Assembly (NCBI GenBank): GCA_002633005.1
Contig: NMRA01000049.1
Coordinates: 1-64,000 of the forward strand
DNA from: Phoronis australis
Taxonomy: Eukaryota > Animalia > Phoronida
DNA length: 64,000 nucleotides
Reading direction: 5' to 3'
Below are positions 1 through 12,289 of this stretch, one piece after another. A program made the translations under genes and the position numbers. The notes under the pieces were generated by a model that ran no database searches, was not told the origin of the DNA, and saw only the letters and a program-made list of their open reading frames with translations. Within the stretch, counting starts at the first letter, position 1; every line of letters begins with the position of its first letter.

Positions 1-540
1 TTTTGTGAAATGCTATTATATCAACCCAAAAAACCGGAAGTTGCATTCAAGATGGCGGATCTTGTGCATGTTGACCAATTTTCAGTCGTACGTAGATGCT
101 ATTTAAACGGGTGAAGGAAAAGACGTGAATTTTTGCTTGTGGATTCTCTAAGGTATACTCTTTCAAATGAACTGTAACAATTTTTTCTCAGACTTACCGT
201 TTTCGAGTTATTTGACTTTGAATTTCTTAAAAAATAAGCAAAATTTCATTTTTTTCGAAACATTTACGGAATTAGGCGATACCATCTGTTTAGATAGAAT
301 TTTGAACGGGCTTTCAGAAGATGTTTTCCATTTTTCGCTAGGACGTCTACTTTTCGAGTTATTTGAGATTTTCTGATAACGCTGTTCCTTTGTTGAACGC
401 TCTTGCTGCATTGATGTTGGTATATCCTCTTTTGAACTAGACTGTAGCCTATTTCTTATTCATTTATGACATCTAAGTTCGTCATATGAATGTTGTGATG
501 TTGTTCATCATCGCCACCACCATCATCATATTCGTCAAGG

Positions 541-935
541 TTAGGGTTAGGGTTAGGGTTAGGGATAGGATTAGCTTTAGGGATAGGGTTTGGGTTAGGG
601 TTAGGCTTAGGCAAAGGGTTAGGTTATGGTTAGGGTTAGGCTTAGGGTTATTGTTAGGGTTAGGGTTAGGTTTAGGGTTAGGGTTACGGTTTGTGTTGTT
701 AGGGCCGAGGCCATGGCCAGGGTAAGGGCGGGGGCGAGGGCGAGGGTGAAGGCCAGGTTCAGGGTCAGGTTCAGGGACAAGGTCTCGATTCAGGATCAAA
801 GTCAGTGTTAGGGTCAGGGTCAGGATCAGGGCTACAAGCTTGTGCTAGGTCTTGGGCTAGTGCCAAGGCCGAGAGCTGAGGGCCAACGGCCGAGGGTCGG
901 GCGCCGGTGGCAGGGGGGCAGGGGCTTGGGCTAGC
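541..935 (+). repeat. Interstitial telomere-like (TTAGGG)n array grading into variant hexamers
   Basis: Perfect TTAGGG units start at 541 and mostly TTAGGG-like units continue to about 690. Variant hexamers (CGAGGG, TCAGGG and others) follow to about 935. Non-telomeric sequence flanks both sides. Confidence 0.9.
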
Positions 936-1129
936 TCCGCGTGTGCGCTGCCTCCGACAGGTTGGCCCATCCGCCTACGTGGCTCTGCAAGCTATGGGAC
1001 TACAGTAGAGCACGCGCTGCCTCCGGCAGCTTTGCCGTCCGGCCTTCTCGGTTCTACTAGCTACTGGACCATGGCACGCGTTTCCTTCGGCAGCTTGTCC
1101 CGTGCCGCGTTCTTGGCTATGCAGGTTAC

Positions 1130-1266
1130 TGGAGTAGGGCAGGCGTTGGGAGGCTATATCCCCCAATTTTTTAAGTGCTGGGCCGCCCATGGTATTTGGG
1201 CGGTGCATCACGGGGGCTGGGGGGCTTTAACCACCCCATACCTTTTTCAGTGCTGCGCCGCCCATG
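1130..1266. mobile_element. Tandem pair of a ~67-bp GC-rich mini-element (CATGGGCGG...CCGCCCATG termini)
   Basis: Two units, each ending in CCGCCCATGG. The same family occurs at 2491-2557, 15719-15785 and 20488-20631. Confidence 0.65.
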
Positions 1267-2490
1267 GTGTCGGATTTACATGTATAAAGGGACAAAGGGA
1301 CATTTCCCCGAATTGCTCCACTGAGAGAGAGTACCGTCTGAAATGGGATACTTTACTTATGAACAACTAAAATCATTAAGCTTTAGTTGGAAAAGATTTA
1401 CAGTTCATTCCACCGTCGTGTGGCCACAAGACGGTGCAGGACGTGACCCACTTCAACATGAAAGTCTCTTGCACAACTTCACAAAAAAGGAAACTAGACG
1501 TAATCAAGTGCAACATTGGCCCTTTATCAGTGAGCGGACCCTTAAGTATTAATTTTGTAAATCAAAAAAGTGGCCACTTGAATGTCCTTCAATGGCCTCC
1601 TTCAAGGGTGGGGCCTCTCAATATAAAATTATCAATATTTTGAAACGTCGAGAAATGTGCAGCAAATGGTGATATCTGTAAGGGGATCAAGTGATGCACA
1701 ATTCGGGAAACAATCAAAATTTCTTTCCGTTATCCCTTGCCAGAGAGGGGCCTCTGGAAAAATATGGTTTTGCAATCGCAAAATTTTGACTTATTGAATT
1801 TAAAAGTCAAGTGAATTAATACGCTCCAGGGCCACCAAAGCTAAACCATGCACTCATACACATTTGTTAAATGTTTCTCTTGTTTTTTTTTTCTCTTATC
1901 CGCATTTACCAGTCTTTCTTTTCTAAACTGTCCCCATTCATGCGTATGTCGGTTGCCACGGTTGAACCTTGACGCTTGAAAAATTTTGGGGGCCCGTGCC
2001 CCTCCCCGGCCCCCTCGCTTCCTACAGCCCCACTTTCATATCCTTCCGTAAGTGAGTAATTGCTAAAAGTATGCAAGGAGAATACACATAACTATTAACG
2101 CTTTGAAGTTTACATGTACATTTGAAATAGGCTTTTAGAAACCTTTTTAGAGCAGAAACAACAAAAATATGTTTTGTCGAATTTGGTTTTCACATCGAAC
2201 CCGTTCATCACATGGTCGAAACTAAGGAAATTGCCATCACAAACCAAGACTTATAAAAAATACCATCCAGTTTAATTGATTCAAAAAATCTCCAGGCTTA
2301 CTTGCAACGACTCTTTTCTCATTGAAAGTTGTCACACTTCCAAATACATACATGTACTTCTAACTGATAAGAATTGTTGATAAGAGTCATTTTCGAGTGC
2401 TCTCAAAATGAAGAAAAAAACGAGTAAAATGAGTATAGTTACTGACAACTTTTTGACGCGGACTATCAAGATATTTACTACGGGCCAAGA

Positions 2491-2557
2491 CATGGGCGGT
2501 ACACTATAGGAGTCTGGGGGGCTATAGCGCCACTTTTTTCAGTGCTGCGCCGCCCAT
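2491..2557. mobile_element. ~67-bp mini-element with CATGGGCGG/CCGCCCATG inverted termini
   Basis: Reads catgggcggtacac...ttttttcagtgctgcgccgcccatg. It shares its 3' part with 1245-1266. Confidence 0.7.
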
Positions 2558-4354
2558 GTAAGATTGTGCAAATGTGTCAATTCGGTGTTAGCACACACTA
2601 CACTGTAGGTCCGAGTCCACTACAATATTTTGTTCTCAGACATCTCAGTCGGGCCCTCTGAGATAAGATTTGCGACAAACTGTGTATGTTTCCAGATTTG
2701 CCGGTTGAGAGACACCAGTTTACATGTAGTAATTGATCTGTGTGTGGTGCTGTGCACTGACAGTCCGTATAGTGTGAGTGGCTGTCACGTTTCTTCAATG
2801 GCGTCAGGCTGGGCAACAGACATCAACGCTTGGCGTAAATTGTCCGCAGCTATGACTACTGACACAATCAACAACAAAACGCTCCAGCGCGTCATCAACC
2901 ATGAATATCATAAATTAAGTATTTTTGTTATTTTATAATTTGTGATCAGACCAACCTTCACGGTAATGCTATCGAAGTGACACAGGTGCGTCAAGTACCT
3001 GTACGTCTTAAGCTAGCTCTCAACCAATAAGGCCATTCTTGTTATCTGTTACAATGCATTGCGTAAAAGATTAACAGCCATATCAGCGTTCGGCGCTGAT
3101 TTGGCTGTTTATCTGATGTTGTCCATCAAATGTAATTGCGTAAGAGATGAAACTCGAAAAGTGATGCAGTTGGCGTCTGATCGGCGATATTTTGTTAGGG
3201 CTTACGGGGAGTAAAATATCATTGAAAGGTGGCCAGCTTTGGAATATCATATCTCAGAAGAAGGTCAACAGACTCCACAAAAAAACGTTTGTACGATTTA
3301 CACGCTGTTTTCCAAAACATTGTTTAGAAAATCTTTTTAAACTGTGTGTTCCACTTTTGCATTTGGTGGCTATCAAAAATGACTTACATTGTTTAAGAAA
3401 AATCAAAGTTTCTTAAAACGAAAACGAAACAATAATTAAAAATCTGTAACCATGTTTCCCTACGCAGTCCTCCGTTTTTATCTAAATTATCTTAAAATGC
3501 ATAGTCACGTGACATGATTGGTAAAAGATTGGCAGAAAGTCTAAAAATTAAATTATATAGAAATTCTCCGTTTCAAAAGTATAAACGTTCGCTGGAATAA
3601 ACGATGCGGGTCTCTAGATAATTGGATAAATGTAAAGACTTGTCGAATGGCTCGACACACTACAATACCGATGCCATAATACGTTATATGTAACAAGTAC
3701 AAAATCACTTGAAGTCCGTGCATTTTATTATTGATATGTGTCATTTGGTAAGCCTAAGCGAGTTCATAATGTGCTCATTCGTATTAAACTTTGTTATTGA
3801 TGACGTAAGAATCACTGCCAAAATATAACAACCATAACTAATGTAATGTAGTGATATTGAACAAAGTGTACAGTGAATAAGCTCTGTTGTTGAGAATGCA
3901 TCACTGGAAAAATAACCCATACACGAGGGTAATAAGTGTTTTGTTCATTTTAATCCCAATTATGTTTCATATACATCACAAAAAGGACATGTCGTCTCGC
4001 TATTGGGTCGAATGAAACGTACAGGTACACATGTAAGTATCCATGTTTTATGCTTTATTAATAACCTTTGATCAATTTGTAAAGTCAAGTCAAGACTAGT
4101 CAATTTATTTGTGGTTGGTTTAAGTAAAACAAGAGCAAAAATAAGCCACATTATTAATTTACCGACAAATAAATACATAACTTATTAAATAAATAAATGT
4201 GCCAAAACAAATATTAATATACTACGTGTAAAATTAACAATTAGCGCCATACTGTAGGAGATAATATGTTTGGCTTAGGATTTCACAGGCTCTGTACTTG
4301 CCGGGAGGCTCCGGCTAGGTGTTGGCATATTGCAAATGTCTTTATAGCTAGCAA

Positions 4355-4695
4355 ATTAGAGCTAGAGGCTGTGAAAGATCGCAGACGGTAAAGAGTGGTT
4401 CTGCACGGGGGAATGTTGTCCTCATTGGCTGTTGGATAATCTCAAATTGTATGTGGTCCTGCGAATTGTGAGAAGGTCTCACAGAAATGGAGGTGACAAG
4501 TAGTTTAAAATTGTGAAAGCTTCTTTTAGAATCATTCTCTGTCTACCAAGCTCTAGAGTAGGCAGATTAGTTCTCCTTAATAGTGTTTCATATGACCTAG
4601 AAAACCCATCAAATACAAATCACTGTGCCTTACATTGAACTCGCTCAATCTCAGGTCTATTGACTGCCCAAAAAGGCCAGATTAAAACACAGTAA
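4355..4695 (-). mobile_element. Degenerate CR1/L2-clade LINE ORF2 C-terminal relic
   Basis: Minus-strand translation: YCVLIWPFWAVNRPEIERVQCKAQ*FVFDGFSRSYETLLRRTNLPTLELGRQRMILKEAFTILNYLSPPFL*DLLTIRRTTYNLR..., then after a frameshift IPPCRTTLYRLRSF. This follows the YC..VW / ERVQ..A.R / SY..LL...NLPTL / P.L / YNLR / RSF pattern of CR1/L2 ORF2 tails. In-frame stops are present. Confidence 0.75.
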
Positions 4696-6319
4696 AGAAA
4701 TTGTGATAAAATAAAACATCGAAAAATCATCATCTATCTACTAAAGTCTTAAGTCCTAGTCAGACGCTGTACAATGCTGAACTGAACTCCTGGCTTACAG
4801 CATATAATTTTGAAATGGTTGTCCGTGTGCCTCAGATTGAATTGTGCACGGTTAGAAAAAGACACTTACTGGAAATTTACCTTTTGTTTTCTGCAGACAA
4901 CATTTACGTTTGTATAACAACGGCCTTTCCGTTCCTTTTGTGAAATCACGACACTAGATGTTCATATGGTGTGCCATCACAGAATATAGTCTATAATCTA
5001 TAATGCCATGTTACATGTATACTGCTGATATATGGTTTGCCAATTTTGACAAAGAAAAACCTTTCTAGCTCCTCAACTCGGTGTTTGCTTTATATAAGGA
5101 AGCACAAAAATGTTTTCAGATGATCAGTACACTGGGCCCACATGCGCAGCTTGCACACGTCTGGTCTACCAGACCGCCTGGATTTTTATTTTTTATAAAT
5201 ATTCCACCAACTATAATTTTTTCTAAAGCGATCAGTTGGTACGTGTTCCGTTGACCAAAAATTCAAGACTAAATTACTTGGTTTATCAAAAATTTTGTTT
5301 ATTCCTAAAAATCGTCATGTTGAGAGAGCATCACTTGAAGAATGTCGAATTGGTTTGCATTAAATTTCGTTTTATGAAGTTTGTGTCTAAAATAAGGTGG
5401 TATACATATATAATAGCACAACCCCAGAAATCGCTTCCGCACTTTATCCAGGTTAAATGTGCTCAGTACAATTAAGGTGGTGAGTACAAATACGGTGGTC
5501 AGTACAAAAGTACATGCATGAAGTCACAACTACCATAATTCTTTATTTATTTAGCACACACTATGGCCGGCAAATGAAATTCTATTGCTACAAAGAAAAT
5601 TGTAGTCTTTTTCTAGCATAGGTTGCACTGTGTATAGATGCCATGAAACTACTTTGGTAAATGTTCGCTTATTGGCGTGCAGCAAAATAAAAAAATACAC
5701 TTTTGGCAAAATTTTTGTGCGAAATGAGAGGAGATTTGCCGTAATTTTCTTTGAAGGGAAGGTGAATGTATTGTTGGATGCAGTTTCGAGTGTTGTGTAC
5801 ATTCCAAGATAAGGATGGGAGTCTTGTGGACCGGTCATATCAACCTCTGGCCAAAGTCTGCAGACGGACTTCTGCACTCCTTTTAGGATTCTTGTAAAGT
5901 GAATCAGGTAAGAGCCTTGAAATTGATTTTCGTTGCTTTTAACTTATGTATATCGTTCGAGGTTTTATTTTGAGCAAAACCGTGGGTACTTCACTTGGTA
6001 TGCGATACTTCCGTTGAAAACTTTATTTCATATTATTGAATCATCTCCAGGAAACAGTCTTCTTTCAACAAGTTCATGACTTTCATTGTTTGAGACTGCT
6101 TTTGAAATCTCGTTTGATATTTTAGTTGGAAAAACAAATTAAAATAAATTGGTATTTTAACGGTGAATATATCTTAGCACTGACATCGTTGATAAGATTG
6201 GGGAAATCTGAAAAAGGATGCTTGCGGCTTATTAATTATAATAATACAAGCGTTTAAACACTGGTGATGTGAAAGTCAAAAGGTTTACTTTTCTTTTTTG
6301 TTTCCCTTGCAGAGTCATC

Positions 6320-6448
6320 ATGAGCACCACACAATCAGACATAGAACTTGTTCAACAAACGGAGAAAATAGAGCGAGACTTGAACAACGATGACAAGCCG
6401 GATATGTTTAATAGAGACCCAAACAATCTCAACGACCACGTTGGACAG
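6320..6448 (+). CDS. Cav: Caveolin, alternative first coding exon A (43 aa)
   Basis: Polypyrimidine tract and AG acceptor at 6311-6312, ATG at 6320. Encodes MSTTQSDIELVQQTEKIERDLNNDDKPDMFNRDPNNLNDHVGQ, then a GT donor at 6449 (phase 0). D..NRDP..LN.HV is the caveolin N-terminal motif. A possible upstream UTR-exon donor (cag|gtaaga) lies at 5907/5908. Confidence 0.88.
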
Positions 6449-9078
6449 GTACCATTAGTGCGGAACTTCTCGATAGAAAGAAGAATAGTTGCTCGGCAGC
6501 CAAAATTTAGGCAAACATTTACAACACAGAAATACAATTTCTTCGGTTTCCTTCTTGAAGTATAGTTTATTTTCTCGGAGTAACAAGGCCTAAATTAAAG
6601 CCAATTTTCTTTTCCTCGCGCTACCGACCGTGGAATGGGCTCGCCACTTGAGACCTTTTATTGCTATTTGATTAAAGATTTCTATTGGTAAAATGCAAAC
6701 TATTTTTGCTGCAGAAATGAGCGAGCCCCGACAATGAATGGTGGGAAGTTAAATGACCTTACCGAAAGGTCTTCGATTCATTTACAAGACTGATCACGTT
6801 TGGGCTTTTAGCAATGTTAAAATATTCTTAGAAAATTGCGGAATCAGTGACCAACATTTATATGCGCCAGTAGTCCACTCCATGTACTTCAACGTGAAAT
6901 AAGTCGTATCGAATACTTTAAGAGGTTTATACACGTAAATGTTGAAGCTGTGTTAAGAAAGTTAGTAGTGTGGTGCACACTTTATGATTTCATCTTTGTC
7001 GCCGTACACCTGTATGCGAGATGTGCGCAAGTCTTTGGCATAAACCTGGAGCCCATTTTGTCGAAGCTAAAAGTCTGTTCGTAGCTGAGACAGTCGTATT
7101 TTCAATGTTAATTGGCACACAGTTCAGGTTTCGTAAAGGTGGGCTACGACCACGTTTACGCCAAAAGGAATAATTCACTCACAAAAAGGCGACGTCGCAT
7201 TAACAACGGTCTACCCACCACCGTGTTTGCCACGGCCGAACATAGACCTTTGATAATGCAAGTCCATGGTACTTTAACAGAAAGTTCTTACGCAGTCCCA
7301 TGTATGATTAGTTAGTTGCGTATTGATAGTGATAGTAGTGTGGTATTGTGCACAGGCAACTACATGTAGATAGACTCAACCCATGTCACACAGACGCCAG
7401 CTTTATGAGAAGTTTACTGGCAGTTATACTTGTAATAATCAAGTTTCGTGATCACTGAGATTTTCATTCTCCCTTTCAAGTACATGTAACTGAATTTATT
7501 GCTAAATGCTTTGCGATGAAGCGTCCTGCACACTGAGTGTTACAGGTAAGGGGACAATAAACCATGAACGTTTTTGGTCTATAAAAACCTTTTGATTTAG
7601 GCTACTTTCTCTTATAAAATTTGTTTCATCCTGTTTGTTACACAGACTAGTAATAATTCTGGGCTTGAGAGGAACTGTCCTGCCCTTCTGACGTCACATT
7701 CAGACCATGAGGGTCATTAAATTGCTGGCCATGACGGCATAATTTCAGTCAACAAGGCACTGAGGTGGTTAGTAGAGTTTCATTCAAAAAAGAGATGGTG
7801 TTGCTTTGGAAGAAAAATTCGCAAAAAATATGAGAAAAAAGACACTGTTTCTAAAAAGTTTTGTAGAGGGTTTTAAATCATTTCAATAATGCATTCCCGG
7901 TTACCTTCATGTATCAAACTAGCAATTTCTTTACCTAGCCTTAGAAAGAAGACGTTTTGCTATAATAGGCCTGGAATCTGCCGAGTGATTCACAAATATG
8001 ACATAAGACTTAAGGCAAAAATTTTGGTTTTACGTCCCACATAATATTTTCTGGGAATTGATTAAAAACTCACTTTAGAAAATAAGAAAACGTTTTTAAA
8101 TACACATATCACTGCTACATGTACTTACTGAGAAAATAAATTGTAAGCGATGTGCCACTATCAATGTAAAGACAAGTTGCCCACAGTAAAATAAGAGCTT
8201 CAAGCAGATAAAATTTAAACGTTTCTCTCCATAACCCCTCTCTTCTTTTCAAAATCTAAAAATGTATTTAACAATGCAACTTTTACAATCTACCGTCATA
8301 TGAATGAAATTTATCGAGGTTGGATATCGCCAAATCACAAACGGCACGCCGTACACCTTCCTGAGATCATGGAATAAACTACAGATAAGAACAAAATGCA
8401 AGTCGTCAAACAGTTTCTCATACACCAAGTACATCTATGTAATTTATCGTCATAGTCAATTTTAAATGCAAACAACTCCCAATTAGCGAACTATAATGTT
8501 TACCACGAAATCTCGAGGTAGTTAGTATGAAAACTCGTGGCAAGCTAAATTTTAATGAATGTTTCTACTTCAAAGTTTTCCTCAAGTTTCACAAAATAGC
8601 CTACAAAATAATTTTCAATCATTCCGAATATCTGAATGCCAACACCGTAAATTACACTGTACATCAGTCCAAGCTTTTACTTGACAACTGCGAAGTGTGA
8701 GCATAAGACAAACATTTGTCTTAAAATCTTAAGTCATTTTTCATGAAGTTCACTCAGACCCCTGGTAGCTAAAGACAATTGGGATGGTTTATATTGTTTA
8801 TCAGTTATTATTGCTATCTTGACACATTCCGAGTATCAACCACTTGTAGACTCGATCTGCTTGTCACGCTATGGTTAATGATAAACTATCACCCACGCAA
8901 ATACACAACGGTGCCTACTGTTACGTATTAAAATTCTGAAAACAAAATAAATATTAGTTTGGAGGTCATGGTCCACATTAGAAGTACCTGAACATACACA
9001 AGTTCCTGTCGTTCATTAGTTTGTGAGGACTAGTCTAGGTGACACACTTTAAGAATCGTAAGTCAAACTTGAGTAAAC

Positions 9079-9141
9079 ATGGCCGATGAACTGGATATGG
9101 AAAATCGGGATCCCAACGAAATAAATTCCCACGTCGGACAG
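9079..9141 (+). CDS. Cav: Caveolin, alternative first coding exon B (21 aa)
   Basis: aaacATGG start; encodes MADELDMENRDPNEINSHVGQ; donor cag|gtagtt at 9142 (phase 0). Paralogous to the end of exon A. Too short to appear in the ORF track. Confidence 0.88.
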
Positions 9142-11191
9142 GTAGTTTTACATATGTAGCCGATTTCGCTTGAGTTTTAGACGTAGAACGTTAATCGACG
9201 GCCTCATATGTCGATATCTAATTTCTTTTAACTTCCCTGGTCTCTTTGTATTGACTAATACTTCGTTTTACAGAAATTACATATATGCTATTTAATGCCG
9301 CGTTGCATTGTTTTCCATTGTTATCTAAAATCTATTAGGTATTATCTATTACATTTTATTATTATTATTATTGTTATTATTATTACAATTTTAATTATTA
9401 TTTATTCATTTACTTATTTTCAAATTCATTTTTTCGTTGGTCAGCTGTCTAGCGGTTCGTGCTCTGTAAAATTACAATAATTGATTTTCAGAATCGGGGA
9501 CAAGAAAATTAGAATGTATCGGTGTTCCAATGCAATGCATTTCAATTATGTTTTATATTTGAAATATAAACAAAATGTTTATTACTACTTACAAACAATA
9601 ATAGTTTCAGTAATAATCAAAGCGTGCATGTTGGTGTGTGCGTGTGCGCCTGCTCGTGTGGGGGTGCGTGTGAGTGTATATAGGATGTGGAAGCCCACTC
9701 TTGATTTGCATATAAACTTTGTTATCATAAGATGCTAAATCTCATTTCCCAACTGTAATTATTGAGCGCTTGTTACCGGTTAGGAGATAAATAACCAGTA
9801 ACCACAGCTCCAGAAATTCTACGACTAGTCTTTAATAGATGCCAACGATAGTGCTGCCTACAGTTAAGAAAAAAAATACAAATAGTACAGGCTACTGTCG
9901 GCATTGCGGACAATGAAAACTGATTCCGTCATTAAAGGAATATTATTGGCGAGAAAGGTGGTTTCCTGAGATTACCCTCAAGGCGGGAACAAACCCACAG
10001 CCTCAGAGGCCGTAGACCAACACTGTGCTGGCGGAGGTAAACCCCACTCTAACTGGTCACCGGCTTTGATTTCAGCGATAGCCTGATAGAAAACGGTGAG
10101 AATTGGAGACTTGCATTAAAATTACAAAACCGCAATGGATCTTATTGGACTGTAGCTCTAGCCGAAATGAATACTGCCGAGAAATCTATTCTAGATCTAC
10201 CATTAACTCCAAAATGCGATTTTCGGAAATGAGGTTAACTGTGTCTCTATAAACGTAAGCCGTTTCAGTTTTCGGATAGCAAAGAATGGTTAAGTAAAAT
10301 GGAACAAGAGAAATTCAAGCATTGCCACTGCATCACACTTCCTCAGGGAAATGAAACGCTGACAAGACGTGTTTGCCTTACCCCACAATAGAGCGCTTGG
10401 TCTTAATTCCCAAGGATCCGGACATTTTTCCGAAAAGCCGTAAAACCGCATTTGCTTTACGACATGGTGACCTTTCAGCAACTTGTGCTAATTTCACACT
10501 TAACCAGCAGTGCCTTTTAGGAGGTTTTTAACAAAAAAAGAAGAAAAAAAAAACATTTGAAGGCTTTCTCAATTAGGCTATAGTTTCGATGTTCTGTCAT
10601 GGCAAAGAGTATTTTGAGACCGTTCTGATGAGTTTCAGTGACTTAATTCACTTTCTTGTTATCGTTTTTGGCAGCTCATACAATTGGCACTCCCCTACCC
10701 CAAGCTGTGTGGATTCTTTGGGAGATTAAGATGAGTCACATAAGTGTTCTATCTTAGGATTAAGCGCAAAACCCCCAGCAGGCCTGAAGAGAGGACATTA
10801 TTATCACCCAACAAAGGAGCGTGAGACTTTTGTCATTCAATTCCTTAATAAGTTTCTCTTTAAATAACATAAGCTGCAGTGCGTCGACTTTTTATTTTAA
10901 TGCGTACAGTTTTGTAACTAAACAAAATTAGTCAGCCGTAAAAGTCAAGCATCTGTGGTAACTGTCTAAGAGAAATGAGATATAGCGTCACTTGAAGTGC
11001 AGTTTTAAGAACTCCGTTTTCTAAAAGTCATGGTTTTATTTGGAAGACGTTTAGGAAAACCTCGGACGTTTTTATGCCATTTCCTTCTTTCTAAACAGAC
11101 ATTTTGCGTTAGTCCCCCACGACCCCCATGCGACTTGTATTCACTAACAATTACACAGTAGGATCGGTTCTAAGCTGACGTCTTCATACCA

Positions 11192-11345
11192 GACCAGCCA
11201 CCCGTTCAGTAATACGAGGACCTTGCTAAAGACAAACACTTCGCCCATATTGCCGTGTATTTTAAATGAGATCATGTGACATTGGCAAGCTTTTAGGTAC
11301 AGGTCCTAGCGTACATGTAGGTCCTAGCGTTAGTGAACGCACCAC
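11192..11345. mobile_element. ~150-bp MITE, copy 1 (in caveolin intron)
   Basis: Imperfect inverted termini cccgttcag...aggacc / ggtcctagcg...gaacgcacc. The core atattgccgtgtattttaaatgaga is identical to that in 14542-14704. Confidence 0.75.
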
Positions 11346-11448
11346 GTAAACAGGTTTTATCGAGGTTGAAGTGTGTTGTCTTGGATTATATTGTTGTGAA
11401 CAATTAGTAGCGACAATGATGACTACTTGACAGCAATTTATCTTTCAG

Positions 11449-11787
11449 ACTCTGTTTGAAGACGTCATAGGAGAGCCGACAGGAGCGCATTCTGCCGACT
11501 GTGTCTGGAGACTATCCTACAAGTGTTTCACTGGTGGAAAGAGCATCTGCTATCTCATTTTGACCTACGTATGCGCAGCACCTCTCGCTCTATGTTGGGG
11601 ATGCGAGTTTGCCTGCATCACCTTCTCGCACATATGGCACATCACCCCGTGCTTCCGAGTGGTCGATCTGAACATCGGCTGCATCAAGAAATTTTATTCT
11701 CTCTGCATCAACTGTTGCTACGCACCGTGCGCTGAAACGTTCGCTTTGGTCTTCAGCAAGATCCATGTGACTGTAGTTCAGCAATGA
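11449..11787 (+). CDS. Cav: Caveolin, shared terminal coding exon (112 aa)
   Basis: Acceptor tctttcag| at 11447-11448. Encodes TLFEDVIGEPTGAHSADCVWRLSYKCFTGGKSICYLILTYVCAAPLALCWGCEFACITFSHIWHITPCFRVVDLNIGCIKKFYSLCINCCYAPCAETFALVFSKIHVTVVQQ*. FEDVIGEP corresponds to the caveolin signature FEDVIAEP, followed by scaffolding-like and hydrophobic intramembrane segments. Confidence 0.95.
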   Translation, partial: TLFEDVIGEPTGAHSADCVWRLSYKCFTGGKSICYLILTYVCAAPLALCWGCEFACITFSHIWHITPCFRVVDLNIGCIKKFYSLCINCCYAPCAETFALVFSKIHVTVVQQ

Positions 11788-12289
11788 GTATAGAGTCTGT
11801 GCGAGGAAATCCACCTTCAATGATCTCTTCGCAAACAACTTTGTCCTATTTAAAGATTGACTAGATGCGGATGTTTAATGACTGTTTAATCATTTCAAAG
11901 TGGGTTGGCTCACACGATGTACATACAGGGACTGGTTCAGCCGTGACGTAAACTAAATTTATTGAAAACAATATTTGTATTGCCAATGGTGCCTACATGT
12001 TCACAGCAACGTTATTAGACCTACGTGTATTCAATGGTTAAAGCAATCTTTGATATTTCTTGTCACATACATGTAGAATAAGCCACGTGCACAGGGAATA
12101 GGTGTAGCTTTAGTTTTCGTTTACGATTACACGGATCGTGTAAACGTACAACTTATACTATATGACATGTCCAAATATCGCATGTGTTCCCCAAATAGCC
12201 ATTCGTTGAACGGTTATCGTAAAAACATCAACAGCTGGCGACGAAGTCTTACAAACAACGGTTTACCACAAAATCAAATTTAATGTGAC

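Noticed and set aside
34-58. ETS (CCGGAAGT) plus YY1 (CAAGATGGCGG) promoter-like pair
   Set aside because: It lies at the window edge within TE-like sequence, and no associated exon could be supported.
482-811. ORFs rich in RV, GL or PN dipeptides
   Set aside because: They are translations of the TTAGGG-like array, with no evidence of a real gene.
9932-10518. Additional Kolobok-like MITE (ttaaaggaat... / ...gtgcctttta); similar ends at about 26268, 27083 and 53301
   Set aside because: Termini are too degenerate to define elements confidently by eye.
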